64,000 bases of DNA, taken from NCBI RefSeq assembly GCF_021028975.2, contig NC_059431.1:62372001-62436000 (forward strand), given 5' to 3'. This document shows, one piece after another, positions 51,463-64,000 of the stretch. How positions within the stretch are numbered: the stretch's first letter is position 1; every line of letters begins with the position of its first letter. The notes below the pieces were generated by a model. The model did not search any database, was not told where the DNA came from, and saw only the letters and a program-made list of their open reading frames with translations. The DNA is from Sphaerodactylus townsendi (taxonomy: Eukaryota). A program made the position numbers and the translations under genes.

Positions 51463-52996
51463 CCATTGTCCTCAACTCCCATTTTGTAACATCATGTATA
51501 ATTTGCCCTGTGTCTGAATGTCACAGTGCTTGTTAAGCAAGGAAATGTGCATCATAATGAGATCACAAGTTGCACTAGATATTTACAAAGAGTGAAAGGA
51601 ACTTGACACAGGGAGCCATTTTGAGTGGCAGCACTGTGTGTTCTTGTAACCTTTAACCTCTATCCATATTTTTTTCTTTAAATCCTGGACCTATACAAAG
51701 AAGTTGAAAATGATTCTAACCCACTGTAGAGCCAGAGTAGTGTAACAGCCCAATCCAGTTCCTGGAGGTGCTTGGGGAAAGCACTGCTGCAGCTGTACTG
51801 ATGCGCCGCCTCCAGAAAGCTTCCCGGTGGTGCTGGAAGGCAGCTAGAAGAGAAAAAAGCCCCACCACCCAGAATCCCTCTGGCATAGGCATAGCTACCA
51901 TGGGGCGAGGTGGGGACAGGCACTCCGGGCAGCCGTCGTTGGGGTCGTGTGGGGTGCAAAATCACCCCGCACACCCCTCACCCTTCCCCCTCACCTCACC
52001 CCACCAGGCCCAGCAGAGACCACTGCCAGGCACCCCTGCTCAGCCCTGCCCCACCTGGGCTGGTGGAGGCTTCTGCACATGCCCCTCCCTGGCCCCGCCT
52101 CACAGCCCTCTGAGGCAGCAGCAGCAGCAGTGGTGCAATGGCAGCAGTGGCGATGCCAAAGCAGGAAGCATCTTCCCATTCCTCCGGGTCTCCCCTTCCC
52201 AAGGTGAAGACTCCCTGGTTCAGAGCGGCGCTACTGCTGCTCATCATGCTGGTACTGAACGCGGCTTGGGCTGAGAAAGAAGGTAAGGAAGGCATGTGGG
52301 GGGGAGGGTTATGGGGCAGTGAGGACCAGCCAATGCTTCTATCCACCCCCAAATTTCCAATCCTATGATCTGGAGCTTCTTTTCTTCTTTAACTGACCCC
52401 CCTGGTTCTGTCCTCATTTTCATGGGTATTTAAATGCTCGGTAGGGTCGGACGGCCGTGGTTCCCTTCCTTTAGCCTTCCTCTTCCCTAGTTGTTTAGCT
52501 AGTACCTCTGCTTTTTTATTTCCCCCCTTTCTGCTGAATCTTTTTCCTCATGTGTCTCCCCCCCGCATGACACTGCTACTTCTGCCCCCCTTTCTGCATG
52601 TGAAGTTCATGACTCTTTGCTCATCTGTTCCGAAGCTCTGTGATCTCCTCTGTTTTTTCTCTTTCCCTTTTCTCTCTGGAACTTACCTCCAACTAGGTTT
52701 CTTTCTCTCTCTCTTTTGTTTTGTGCCCCTTGTTTCTCTTCCCCGCCACTCTGGACTTGTCTTGCTCCTTCCCAGCTGGGCTGCTAACTCACTGGCCGGC
52801 CCTGCTCCACCTGGCTCAGGACCTGTCATCTCAGGGCCTGGCTCTCCTTCTTTCTGTCTGCCCCTCCCACTTCATGGCTGGCCATGGAAGTCACGGCTCG
52901 AGCACTTCTGCTTTGGTGCTGCTCCCCCACCACATGTATTTGGTGGTGAGGTAGGGTTGCTGTTTTGAACCTGTTTGTCTTTTTGAAGCACTAGAG

Positions 52997-53402
52997 CAGT
53001 GATGGTGAACCTTTTCGAGACCGAGTGCCCAAATTGCAACCCAAAACCCACTTATTTATTGCAAAGTGCCAACACAGCAATTTAACCTGAATGCTGAGGT
53101 TTTAGTTTAGAAAAAATGGTTGGTTACTCAGGCGCACGTTACTCAGGAGTAAGCTTGGTGAAGCAACCATGCAACGCTTCGAATGGGTGAATCATGCCCT
53201 TAGGACGGTTTACTCAGAAGCAAGCCCCATTGCCAGCAACCAAGTTCACTCCCAGGTAAAGGATCATACCCAGGCCAGCCTAGATGTGTGTGGTTGGGGG
53301 GTGATTTTCCGTCCCCCACATGATGAACTCTGTGCACGTGTGCCCACAGAGATGACTCTGAGTGCCACCTCTGGCACCGTTGCCATAGGTTCGCCACCAC
53401 TA
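52997..53402. mobile_element. Second copy of the same hAT MITE, opposite orientation
   Basis: Reverse complement of 36749-37174, with TSD CACTAGAG. Confidence 0.92.
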
Positions 53403-54444
53403 CACTAGAGACTGGAATGCAGCATTATGTTTTCTCCCACCCAGTCATGAACAGCCATTATACCATCCATGGCTAAGCCTGATTCTGGCTTTCTTGTTGA
53501 AGCAACTCTTCCCTTACATATCTATTTTGCAAATTATACATGTCCCAGCTGCCTTACACCATTACTTTTTTTCTGAAAAGTTTGTGGATGCTCCTGAACA
53601 TCAGAGTCTATTGAAAGGAATCCAGAATGGGTTTTTATTTTGGGACTGGGGTGGTGGTGGTCGTGGTGGTGGTGGTGGTGGTCTTTACATGCTTGTAATG
53701 TAATGCCTTGGAGAAATATCTGGAAGACTTAATTCCTGGAAATACATGTAATCCATAGGAAGGCAGAACAGGAGCCCATAACTCCAAGCCCCAGAGCATG
53801 GTGTTCATGGACCAAACTCCAAGTGGAAGCTGACTGAAGTTGGTTTCACCCCTGGGAACACCCTGGCCCATCCCCCTCACTACAGAGTGTCACCATGGAC
53901 CCGAGGGGTGACTGAGCACCAGTGCCTCTAGCCCTGCCACTGGCAGGGATGCCCATTTGCACCGACAGAGAGGGAAAATGCATCGCCATGTTCCTCCACT
54001 GCTCCCTTGAGAGTTCAGCCCCCCATCTGGATTGGGCTTTAAGAATGCCAGCTAGTACCTGGAAGACCTGAGTTTGAATCCTCACTCATGTCATGGAAGC
54101 TCGCTGGGTGACCTTGGGCCAGTCACACACTCAGTCTTCCCTATTTCAGAGGATTGTTTAAGCATAAAATAGAGAAGAAAAAATGATGCATATGCTTTCA
54201 GTTCCCATTATGGAGAAAGGTGATGTATAAATGAATTAAATTTAAAAAATCAACTGTGCAAAGGGGAAATCAAAATAAATGATAAATATCTTCATAATTA
54301 TTTATTTTATAAAGACATTATTTATTTTATAAATTGTATAAAGACATCAACACATCTGACTCTATATTCAGTAATATAAGCAAAAAAAGAGCTTGTTCTA
54401 TGGAAAGAAGAAAAAACTAATATATACAAAGGTGGTAAAACTAT

Positions 54445-55027
54445 GGCCGTTTCCGCACGGCCTCCTTGCGCCCCCACACCGCCAAGAGTGCGGGTGGCGT
54501 GGGGAGCGTATAAGCCGATTCGCACATGTGCAGCGGGAGAAGCGGAGAACCCCAGCAGGCGGCAGAAGCGGCTCCGCGCACGGAGACGCCTGTTCCCCCT
54601 CCTCCCACTCCCACTTACGGTGTCCTCCCTGCATTGCGCAAATGGCCTGCGGGCGTCGCAGCCGCCGCCCATGCGCTGCCACCTCCGGGTCGGAGGACAG
54701 TGTGGGCCGAGGGCTGCCGGCGCTTCCGCAAGCTTGGCGGCTAGGACACCGTAAGTGGGAGGGAGGAGGAACAAGCTTAATCTTCCAGCCGGCGCTGCGG
54801 TTAAGCGCACCGCAGCTGCAGGGAAGGCCGCTCCCTCCCCAACAACAACCCTTTAAAGGGTTGTTGTTTAGGGCGGCCTGAAGCCGCCCTGGGGAAGGAA
54901 AGGCGCATTCAGAATTAAGCCCGCTGCTCGCGTTGCAGCAGCTGGCGGCGCTATCTTGAAACGGCGGCCTGGGGGAGCCTTTTTTGGCGCCCCCAGGCCG
55001 TCATAAATGGGCCATGCGGAAACGGCC
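54445..55027. mobile_element. PIF/Harbinger MITE (CpG-rich, probably young)
   Basis: TIRs GGCCGTTTCCGCACGGCC / GGCCATGCGGAAACGGCC, with TSD TAT and an internal palindrome aacaaccctttaaagggttgtt. Confidence 0.88.
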
Positions 55028-55959
55028 TATGATTCACACAGATATGCATGCAAATCACTTTCTGAACCAGTTGTGATTTTTTCTTTCTTTCTTTCTTTCG
55101 GAGAAACACAAAGCAGTACAGTTTTCGATTGAAGCTCATTGTTTGTGCCCCAAATCAAATACTGAAACTAAAAAGTAGTATGGACAAGCCCTTTACTAAC
55201 AAATTGTGTTGCACCTTTCATGCCTCAGTCTGATTGCAGAGTCCTACGATCCTGTGATCGTCATCTGTGATCTGTCGCCAATAACCCAGAGCTTTCAAAG
55301 AAACGAGTAGATGAAGAAGTCAGGAATGCAATCATTTACCCATTCTAAAATGCTTTTCACTAATAGAAGGGATAGAATTGCTTTATTACAACTCTTTGCC
55401 CTCCTGTTACAATATAAGCAATACAAGAATTCTCAGGCAAAGTAGATTTCTGGATTGTTTTTGCCTAATGCAACACGAGCCCTTTATTCAACTTGACTTT
55501 CATCTGATGTCTTGAAACAATATCTCTTCTTAATTTGTATAAACTAAAAATAAGGTTTGACTAACAAATGGAACTTCAAAAAAAGAACTTGAGAAAGAAA
55601 AATCAAAGAAAATTGTCATTTTGAAGAACAAGAGATTTTTCCTATAATGAAGGAATACATGTAATATATAAAAAGAACCTGTACAAGCTGTGACTGTTTA
55701 AATATGAATTTCCCCATGAGAATCTGAGGTTGGAGTAGGTTTAGTTGATAAATTAATTTATTAGTATTTATTTATTGTTGCGGTCAATTAACTCAGCTAA
55801 AGTAAAAATTTATTAGTAGTATATGCCACCCTTCCCCTTGCTGGTTCAATGTAGCTTCTAAAATCACAGTACACCTCAATGTTAAAATCTAATCTAAAGT
55901 TCAACAGCACCAAATATACAGTTTCAAACCCAATGCTGAAGGGAAGAGGAGTGGGAAAG

Positions 55960-56780
55960 GGAAAGCCAAATGATGGGGGAAAATGTAGCTGCCTCAACAA
56001 ATATGCCTGATGGAACAGCTCTGTCTTATAGGCCATGTGCAAATACATCAGATCCCACAGGGCCTGGGTCTCATTAGCAGAGCATTCCACCAGGCTGGAA
56101 CCAGGTCTGAAAATGTCCTGGCCCTGGTTGAGGCTAGCCGGACATCTTTCCAGCCAGGGACCACCAGAAGATTGTCGTGTGCTGAATGTAGTGATCTTCA
56201 GGGAACACACACAGAGAGAGATATGCTGGCCCCAGACAATTTCAGGGTTTATAGGTAAATACTAAAACCTTGAATTTTGAATTGGCTCTACCTGGAGCCA
56301 ATGTGGCTGGCAGAGCATTGGTTGAATGTATGCCTTCCACAGGATTTCCGTAAGGACCTGAACTGCTGCATTCTGCACCAGCTAAAGTTTCCAGAGCAGG
56401 GTAGCCTTGCATAGAGCAAGTTGCAGTAGCCCAATATAGAGGTGATCGTTGCATGGAACACTGGGACAGGCAGGGAGCCAATTGTCTTACCTAGCGAAGA
56501 TGGTAAAAAGCCAGGCAGGCCACATATGTCACCTAAGCCTCTGACAAAGAGGCATCAAGGAACACACTCAGGCTCTTGAGGGTTGGTGTAGCATTGTATG
56601 CCATCAAGAGTTGGCAATTGGCATCACTCCTGAACTTTTCAACCTAGCCACAGCACCTTCATCTTAGATGGATTTAGCTTCAACTGACTCCTTTTCAACC
56701 ATTCCACCACAGCCTCCAAGCAATTGGTCAGTACATCTGGGGTGGTGTCTGGATGTCCATCAATAGATATAGCTGGGTGA
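55960..56780 (-). mobile_element. Degenerate L2 LINE fragment
   Basis: Similar to 23200-24020 (nucleotide remnants of QNAAA, FKVLVFTYK and LKLNP). Confidence 0.75.
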
Positions 56781-58081
56781 ACCATTAATTTTTACAGTAT
56801 TATTTGAGGATTCTAATTTCTTCTTAACCAGTAACTTTGGAAAATAATACTGTCAGAGATTAAAGTAAATAAGTAGGAGCCTGCAAGGACTTCTCAGAGG
56901 CAAGTCCCCTACCACACTGTGTCCCGAAAACCCCCAGAGTCTCTCCTCTTTTCCTGCTTCCATCTCTTCTTGTAGGGTTTGCGAACCTCCAGATTGGAGT
57001 TAGAGATCTTCTGGAATCACAATTGATCTCCTCAATACAGAGATCAATTTCCTTAGGGTTGCTAGCTCCAGGTTAGGAAATTACTGGAGATTTGGGGATT
57101 GTCCATCTAGTATCTAGGCACTTTCTTTCCAGATTCTTGACTTTCCCCATCCTCTTGAATTGTTGCCTTGTCTACTGGCCATTGTGTTCCTTTATGACAC
57201 TTACCAGGCTAAAATTTTCCTTAGAAGTCACAAGGAGGACTGAAGAGGGAATCTGGTTTGCACAAAGGAAGCAAATTAGGGCATAAGCCTAGTTCAAGTT
57301 AATGAAATAATGTTTTGATATGTGGCCTAAAGTGGGAAACTGGACCACCCAGATATATTCCGGAGATATTCACTAATCTTCCAACTATGACCTTAATTAG
57401 ATTCAACCCAAAGGTTTAGCAATGTCACATTGCATAGTTCTCAAGGGGAATGTCACATGTGCAAATGAAAAGCTAGCATATTTTTAAAAAATCATTTTGG
57501 CTTAATCTAGCATTGCATACGCAGAAAGATTTTTATGTATATAATCCAAATAGGGAATCTATCAACTGCATTCTGCGATGTTACAGTTATGTGGGGACCT
57601 GTATTTATTTTAAACTTGTTTTCTTTGTTGGGGAAAAATAGGTTTGCTAACTCTCTGGAGAAAAAAAATTGTCCTGTCCCTTTAACAAAAATTTAATGGG
57701 ATGTTATTTACTTTTATGCTATGAAAAGTTTCAAGGGCCCATTTCTAAACATTCAGCCTCCATTATATGTAAGAGGTGTGGGGGTGAGGACTTTAACCTG
57801 TTCCTATCCTTCAATTCCCTTACTGCAAAAAGTACACCCAGCTGCTTTTATTGCAGTGGAGAAAAAATGACAGGTACCTGTATTTCTCTGCTGTAGCATT
57901 GCATGAGCTGAGCTTCTATCAGTATAAGTCCTTTGAATGCTGGGATGGGGAAAGGAAATAGAAAATTATGCCAAATACCAGTTTTGCCTGAAAATAGCAA
58001 GGTTTTTTGTACGGTCAGTCTTGCAAAGAATACATATTTGTTTTCCCTATAATTTATCTGACACTTCCTGGTGAACACTCA

Positions 58082-58232
58082 GGCCCCTTCCGCACATGCA
58101 GAATAATGCACTTTCAATACACTTTCACAGTTGTTTGCAAGTGGATTTTGCTTTTCCACACAGTAAAATCCAGCTGCAAAATGCACTGAAAGTGGATTGA
58201 AATTGCATTATTCTGCATATGCAGAAGAGGCC
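58082..58232. mobile_element. Short palindromic PIF/Harbinger-type MITE
   Basis: Long TIRs GGCCCCTTCCGCACATGCAGAATAATGCA / TGCATTATTCTGCATATGCAGAAGAGGCC, with TSD TCA. Confidence 0.85.
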
Positions 58233-61200
58233 TCATAGATTTCATTGTTCCAGGCTTAACCAAGTGAAATTTACATGCATACAAAACCATCAGCAGCACA
58301 TCGTATGAGCAAAAAGGTGCTTATTATTACATTTTTGTTAAAAACAATTGTTAGAATTACTTTAGTCAAAGGGAAACATTTTCCTAAGCTCCAGTGAAAG
58401 AAAATTCTGCTATAATAGTTACCGAAAACAGGCTTTCAAATTTTGAAAAGCACCGTGTTTGTGAACCAATTAATTTGTATGTAGCTAATTAATTCCCAAA
58501 GCTTAGCTGAGCTTCCATCACCACCAGTAAACAATGAACTGTATCACTATTAATCACTCTAGCACAGCCAGACAGCTGAGTTCTGGTTCCGGCTGCATAT
58601 CACACCATCAGCACTGTGACATTCTTGTTCATTTCCCCCTCCTGGATCTGCCAGTCTGGGTCATACAGTTTGTGATTCTGTGTGGTTTCAGAAAGGATGC
58701 GGCCTTCAGGTTCTCACCATACACTCTGTTGCCTTCAGACTGTGTTTAACCTCTCAAGGGGTCGATTTATCTATGTATAATAAAGAATAATGCTTCCTCC
58801 CAGGAAATTTAATTAGTAAGTCTACAGAGGTTGACAGAACATGGAAAATTATTCATACAATATATACTTGTAACAGTATTTCAGCTGGGGTTACTGGATC
58901 CCTTCTGGCTACCTATGGGGGGAAGGGACTGTAGGATTGCCAGATCCAGGCTGGGGATGGAGCCTGGAGAGGACAGGGACCTCAGTGGGGTACAATGTCA
59001 CAAAGTCTACCCTGCAAACATCCATTCTCTCCAGGGGTGCTGACCTCTGTAGTTGGAAATGAGCTGTAATTCTGGGGTTTCCTCAGGTCCCCCCTGGAGG
59101 CTGATATCCTGAGATCTATGCAGAAGGGCAAAGGACAGAAGAAACAATAACATGTTGAACTCTTAAATGACATCTACACATTTCATATGGAATCTTGATT
59201 TAAGTTGAAATAAAATTTTAGCTTACCAAGACTCTCTATATGGCTTATATATGCATATATACATGTTGTGAGACAAGATGGAAAGTCAAACAGGTAGGTG
59301 TTTGATATTCTTTCAGTGACATGGCAATAAGGTTGGGCTGTTTTTCATCATTATAGATCTTGGTGCCTGTGCCCATAGTGCTTACCCAGCACATTTAGGG
59401 TCTGTCCGCATTTGAAGTCAAAGAGAGATTTTTCTTCTGGTCAGATTGTTCAGTCAACTGGAAGATTTATTCACTTTCATTTTCTTGGGACAACTTTTTT
59501 TTAGTTGTTTGTGCCATAAGGAGTCCCTTTAGTCATGTAGAAATATTTTAAAGTGCATTCTTTCCAGCAGTCTTATACCATGATCTGGAATGTGTGGGTA
59601 GTTGTGGTGGAGAAGCTGATGACTGCTTGAATGGTCTTGCCTTGAGGGAGAAGGGTTTAGAAGGGTTTAGAAGTGAGACACTTCATGTACTACTGGGGGG
59701 GGGGGGAATCTGTTGGCTAGTGACTATGCTAACAATTAGCAACACTACCCTTTTATTTCTTTGTCTGCTAGAGGCAGTGGGAGAGCTCATGTAGAGAGAT
59801 AAACTAGTGAACAGGAGGATTAGCTAAACCTCTTTCTAGCAGCATTACCCCTTCATTCAGGGAATACCTCACCCTTTAAAAAACCTGCTTCTAAGCTGTG
59901 ACCTCTTCTATTTAGCAATGGAGGGTCCACACTCAGACCATTTCTTTTAAAAAAAACTATCTGATCAGACAATCCTTCTGCAGTGATTCTACTTCACCCC
60001 TTCTAGTAAAGTAACCCATGCCAGCAGTGGCGCAGCACCAATGGGGTGGGGAGGAGGCAGGATGCCCCAGGCGGAGCCACGGCAAAGGCTTGGCCAGGCC
60101 GTGGAGGGTGTGTAGTGGGGGCATTCCGGGGCAGGCAGCTCTGTGGCAGGGGTGCATGGCACATGCAGACCCTGGGCACAGTTTCCCCTCGCTCCGCCTC
60201 TGAATGCCAGCTATTTCCATCATGAATATAGCAACTTGGGGGCACCAATGCACTAGTTCAATTTTTAACATTCAAAAACAATTTGCAAAATGCTTTCCAA
60301 CCAATAAAGGTTATGTCACTGTTATAGTTTCCCAAAGTATGGCTCAGGAACTTTTGTAAATAATTTTTTATTTGGGAGAAAAATATTTATAATTAATTCA
60401 AAATTATTTAATTAATAGTTTTATATAATTTTTTATTTATGCTGTTTTAATGCCATTTTGTTTTCTGTTAGCTGCCTTTGAAATCTTTGGCTGAGAGAAG
60501 GGATAAAAATCTTTTTAATTCAAAAACAGGCTTCTGTGAAGACATTCCATGTTAGAAGGGGAATTCTGTGCACAGTTGGCTACTGCATATACAACCCAAC
60601 AGCCAGGTTTACCTTTGCAACTGTCCCTTTTAGATACACAGAAAAGTGCTGGCCAGCTGATTCAATTGGGTACAGGTGTGGACTGACCCTTTCACTTACT
60701 GGGAGAGTTTCTGTTGGGCTTCTTCTCCACCACAAGGAACAAGCAAAGCTTGGTGATAAGAGTCTGACGCCTTCCCCATTGTTGCTGAAGATATGCCCAA
60801 GCAGAATGGGCCCTACATTACTGCCAGTACCACTTAGACCACTTGGTCCAGAGCTGCTTCAAGATTTGTATTCTTTCCTGAATGAGTGCTAAGAAACTGT
60901 ATTTTTGGTGCCATCCTATGCACAGTATTGATGGGGTCAGATTGGAATAATTCTTTTCAGAATTGCACTGTTAGTGATTTCTTGACTACTGAGCACCTGA
61001 GCAATGCTATTCAGAGTACTAGACTGGCTGGGCTTCTGTATGTACATAACACAGGTTTGTGGGCTTGTGACTTTATACTACTCAAGAGTTTGGATTCAGC
61101 CATTAGTGATGTTTGGCAAAACAAAGTGCCACTTTAAGTTATGCAACTGCTGTAGTAAAAAGAGGCATTGAGCAACTATTTTGGCATATTAGGTATTCAC

Positions 61201-62412
61201 AACTCCCATTTCAGCCCTTGTTTACTTCACTTTCACAGAACTTTCTAAAGTGTGTTGCGCAACAGCACAAGAAGTGTGGGTCCTGAGTTCTATCCAGTTT
61301 CACTATCATATGCTTACAACACAACTCAGTTAAGTCTTTCACCTTGTGAGTCATGACCAGCATTTGTCTTTCTGCAGTATGGTACATATTTAAATCATGC
61401 TACACAAAAATATTTACTCTAGGCAATCCATGACCCACAATGAAACTGAGAACCAAGGGAAATCATATAGCAACAGTCCTGAACAGTTATGAAAAGCCGT
61501 GTGTTCATCTGGGTATCAGCCTGACATTGCATGCACATCAGATACAAAGGTTATTTCATAACTATGGTTTATTTTCCTTTCTTTGGCTTTTTTTTTAAAA
61601 AAAGGGAAGCAAAGGTTCAAAAGGAAGTTGGCAGGGTCATCAGTTTAGGTTTCAAAATAAAACAGTTTATAGAATACAAATGTTTACTGACACAATCCCA
61701 TATGCTGCTAGTACACTGCACCTATTGGGCCAACAATGCCCAAATGCATAGGCAGCAGGTCTCATGCTAATTTACACTACAGGTGACACTGCTGTTTACT
61801 GCAGCTTCACATTATGGACCAATATTACTGATAAGCATTTTTGAAATTTTTGTCCATTTTGAGACAAACACCCTATCGTGTATAATACTGTTCCTGAACT
61901 GTGCCACTTCAGCCTGAAGGCAGGAATGGCATGACTGAATACTCTTCTGACACATAAAAGACTAGCTGCCCCAGGCAGAAGGATTCTAGCTTACCTTTCC
62001 CTCTGATGTGCTATGTGTAGGAATGCTTTGACTCATGTGGCCACTCAGTCACACCCAGCACCTGTCTGTCGATTCATCATGGGGCCTTGGTAACAGAGGT
62101 GGCCAGAAGGAGGAAACTGAGACTATGTAAGGAATGAGAAAGCAACAGTGCTCAGTGGGAGGAGGAAATGGGGAAGGGGTAATGACCAGCAGAAAGAGGA
62201 AGGGGGAAATTGCATTTTTGTTCCCACAAGTTTTTCTCTTGTTCTTTCCTGTTACATACATAGATCTCTTACATAAAAAACATGCACACATATAGTGTGA
62301 AATACAGCTGTACTTTAAGCTTAGTACTTGCTCCTCAGGATTTTATAGCCAATCAAAATACTAGGAATGTCAGCAAACCTACCAATATTTAACACACTAT
62401 TTAACACACAAT

Positions 62413-63960
62413 GGCTGTTTCGGCATGGCACAATTATACAGGGTTATAATCGATATCTTACAATCCAGGTCTATTTTATCCCAGTTTCTCCCTTTGCATG
62501 GCTACCTGTTTCTGTGAAGGAATCAAGTGAAGACTCAGAGGAAATACTCCAGTTTGTTTTGCGCAAGCCCAGGTCTTTTGTATTTACACCGCAAGCGTAT
62601 CCGCGCATGCGCGAACATCCCTTGTGTCCCGCTTTCTGATTGGCTGTTACTTTTGAGCAGCAGCTTGAATGAATGTCTCTGCTCTGCCTTTTCTCTGGCT
62701 CTGCGGTTTTTAGGTAGGAGCACATTTTGTGAGCCAGGAGATCTGAACCTATTGAGCATGGATCCAGAGGTGGCACAGCTGCTGGATGTATTTGTGGCAC
62801 ACCTACTCAGCCTCATGCACAGTTCCATTGCTGCGTGTGCCCACTACCAGGAAGAGATGGCCCAGGCATCTCTTCAATCTGCTGTACTGAGGAGACATTG
62901 CAGGTGGACGTGGTTTGCCCTGGTGACCACTCCCCAACCCCCTCGCTACTGGGTTTATCCACACAGGAGCAGGCTTGTTGGGATGATGAGGAATGGCTTG
63001 TTGGGATGATAAGGAGTGGCTGAAAAACTTCTGCATGACCAGGAAGACCTTGGAGTCAGCATGGTGTTGTGGTTAAGAGCAGGTGCACTCTAATCTGGAG
63101 AACCAGGTTTGATTCCCTGCTCTGCCACTTGAGCTGTGGAGGCTTATCTGGTGAACCAGATTAGCTTGTGCACTCCAACACATGCCAGCTGGGTGACTTT
63201 GGGCTAGTCACAGTTCTTTGGAGCTCTCTCAGCCCCACCCACCTCACAAGGTGTTTGTTGTGGGGGGGAGGAGATTGTAAGCCCCTTTAAGTCTCTTTAC
63301 TGAAGAGAAAGGGGGGATATAAATCCAAACTCCTCTTCTTCTCTTCTTCATGAGGATTGTGGACAGCCTTAGATTCCATCTGCAGCGCCAGGACATGCAG
63401 GCTGCATTCCCAGTCTGCATGACTATCTGGTATCTGGCCAGCATGAACAGTTTCTGTGAAGTGAAACAGCAGTTTGGTTTTGGCCTGGCAACTGTTGCAG
63501 AAGCCATGCATGAATTCTGCCTAGCCATGAGGGTCACACTCTTCAGGAGGGGCGTCCATTTTGCAGATAATGTGGAAGAGGTACATGGATTCTTCTGTGC
63601 AGCTGGAGTGGCCCCTTTATGCAGAGACTGTGTGTATCAAGCCACTTCTCGCTTTATGTTCTTGGTGTCAGTAAACTTGTGTATGAGTTCATGGCTGTAC
63701 CTCCTCAAAGCCCCTGTGCACACATGTGTTGATCCCCCCACCCCTCAAGGCACTTTTTGCTCTGTGGAGTGATGCTTTCTTATGCCTCTCTCAACAGGTC
63801 ACGGCGGGATTTGCCCAGCTGGGCTTCCCCCAATGTGTGGGAGCCAGGGATGGATGCCATATTCCCATCAGGAATCCTTCTGATGCATCGGGGCAGTATG
63901 TGAATAAGAAAAACTTTGCCTCTGTTGTCCTGATGGCAGTCTGCGATGATAAGGGTATAT
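62413..63960 (+). mobile_element. PIF/Harbinger DNA transposon with disrupted DDE_Tnp_4-type transposase
   Basis: TIR-like start GGCTGTTTCGGCATG. Coding pieces from ATG 62758: ...RYWVYP, WDDKEWLKNFCMTRKT|FMRIVDSL, TIWYLASMNSFCEVKQQFGFGLATV, GFPQCVGARDGCHIPIRNP...YVNKKNFASVVLMAVCDDKG. Interrupted by a SINE, a 23-bp duplication and a GT-AG intron (63581-63797). Homology is lost near the window end. Confidence 0.9.
63052..63348 (+). mobile_element. tRNA-derived SINE (Squam3-like) inside the Harbinger transposase
   Basis: Same family; removing it restores ACC TTC ATG AGG (T-F-M-R). Confidence 0.9.
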
Positions 63961-64000
63961 TAAATCTGATATATAAAATAAATAAATAAAATAAAGGGAC

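Noticed and set aside
54322-55027. CpG island promoter and overlapping 162-aa ORFs
   Set aside because: The GC/CpG-rich part is bounded exactly by MITE TIRs and TSD; the ORFs are by-products of GC content
62758-63960. Domesticated HARBI1 gene
   Set aside because: It has a TIR-like end, frameshifts and a SINE insertion, so it is a transposon relic

Overview
This is vertebrate genomic DNA, almost certainly a squamate reptile and probably a gecko, judged from its repeats: tRNA-headed SINEs with (CTT)n tails, RTE/BovB, CR1, L2, Penelope, hAT-Charlie and PIF/Harbinger elements. The only host protein-coding sequence I can support is the single coding exon of cortexin-3 (CTXN3, 25906-26145, +). The rest is repeat-rich intronic or intergenic DNA with two assembly gaps. 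The most notable feature is a structurally complete 5.3-kb endogenous retrovirus on the minus strand (41454-46792). It has two LTRs, a 6-bp target-site duplication (TSD), a perfect tRNA-Phe primer-binding site, a polypurine tract, a betaretrovirus-type Gag matrix, no recognisable pol, a retained splice donor/acceptor pair, and a decayed env whose TM motifs look alpha/gamma-type. Also present are an intron-containing PIF/Harbinger transposase with MITEs that share its terminus, two Helitron derivatives (one with a RepHel zinc-finger fragment and a 15-aa repeat), and Penelope remnants with hammerhead-ribozyme-like cores. All family names come from motif recognition by eye, not database searches.
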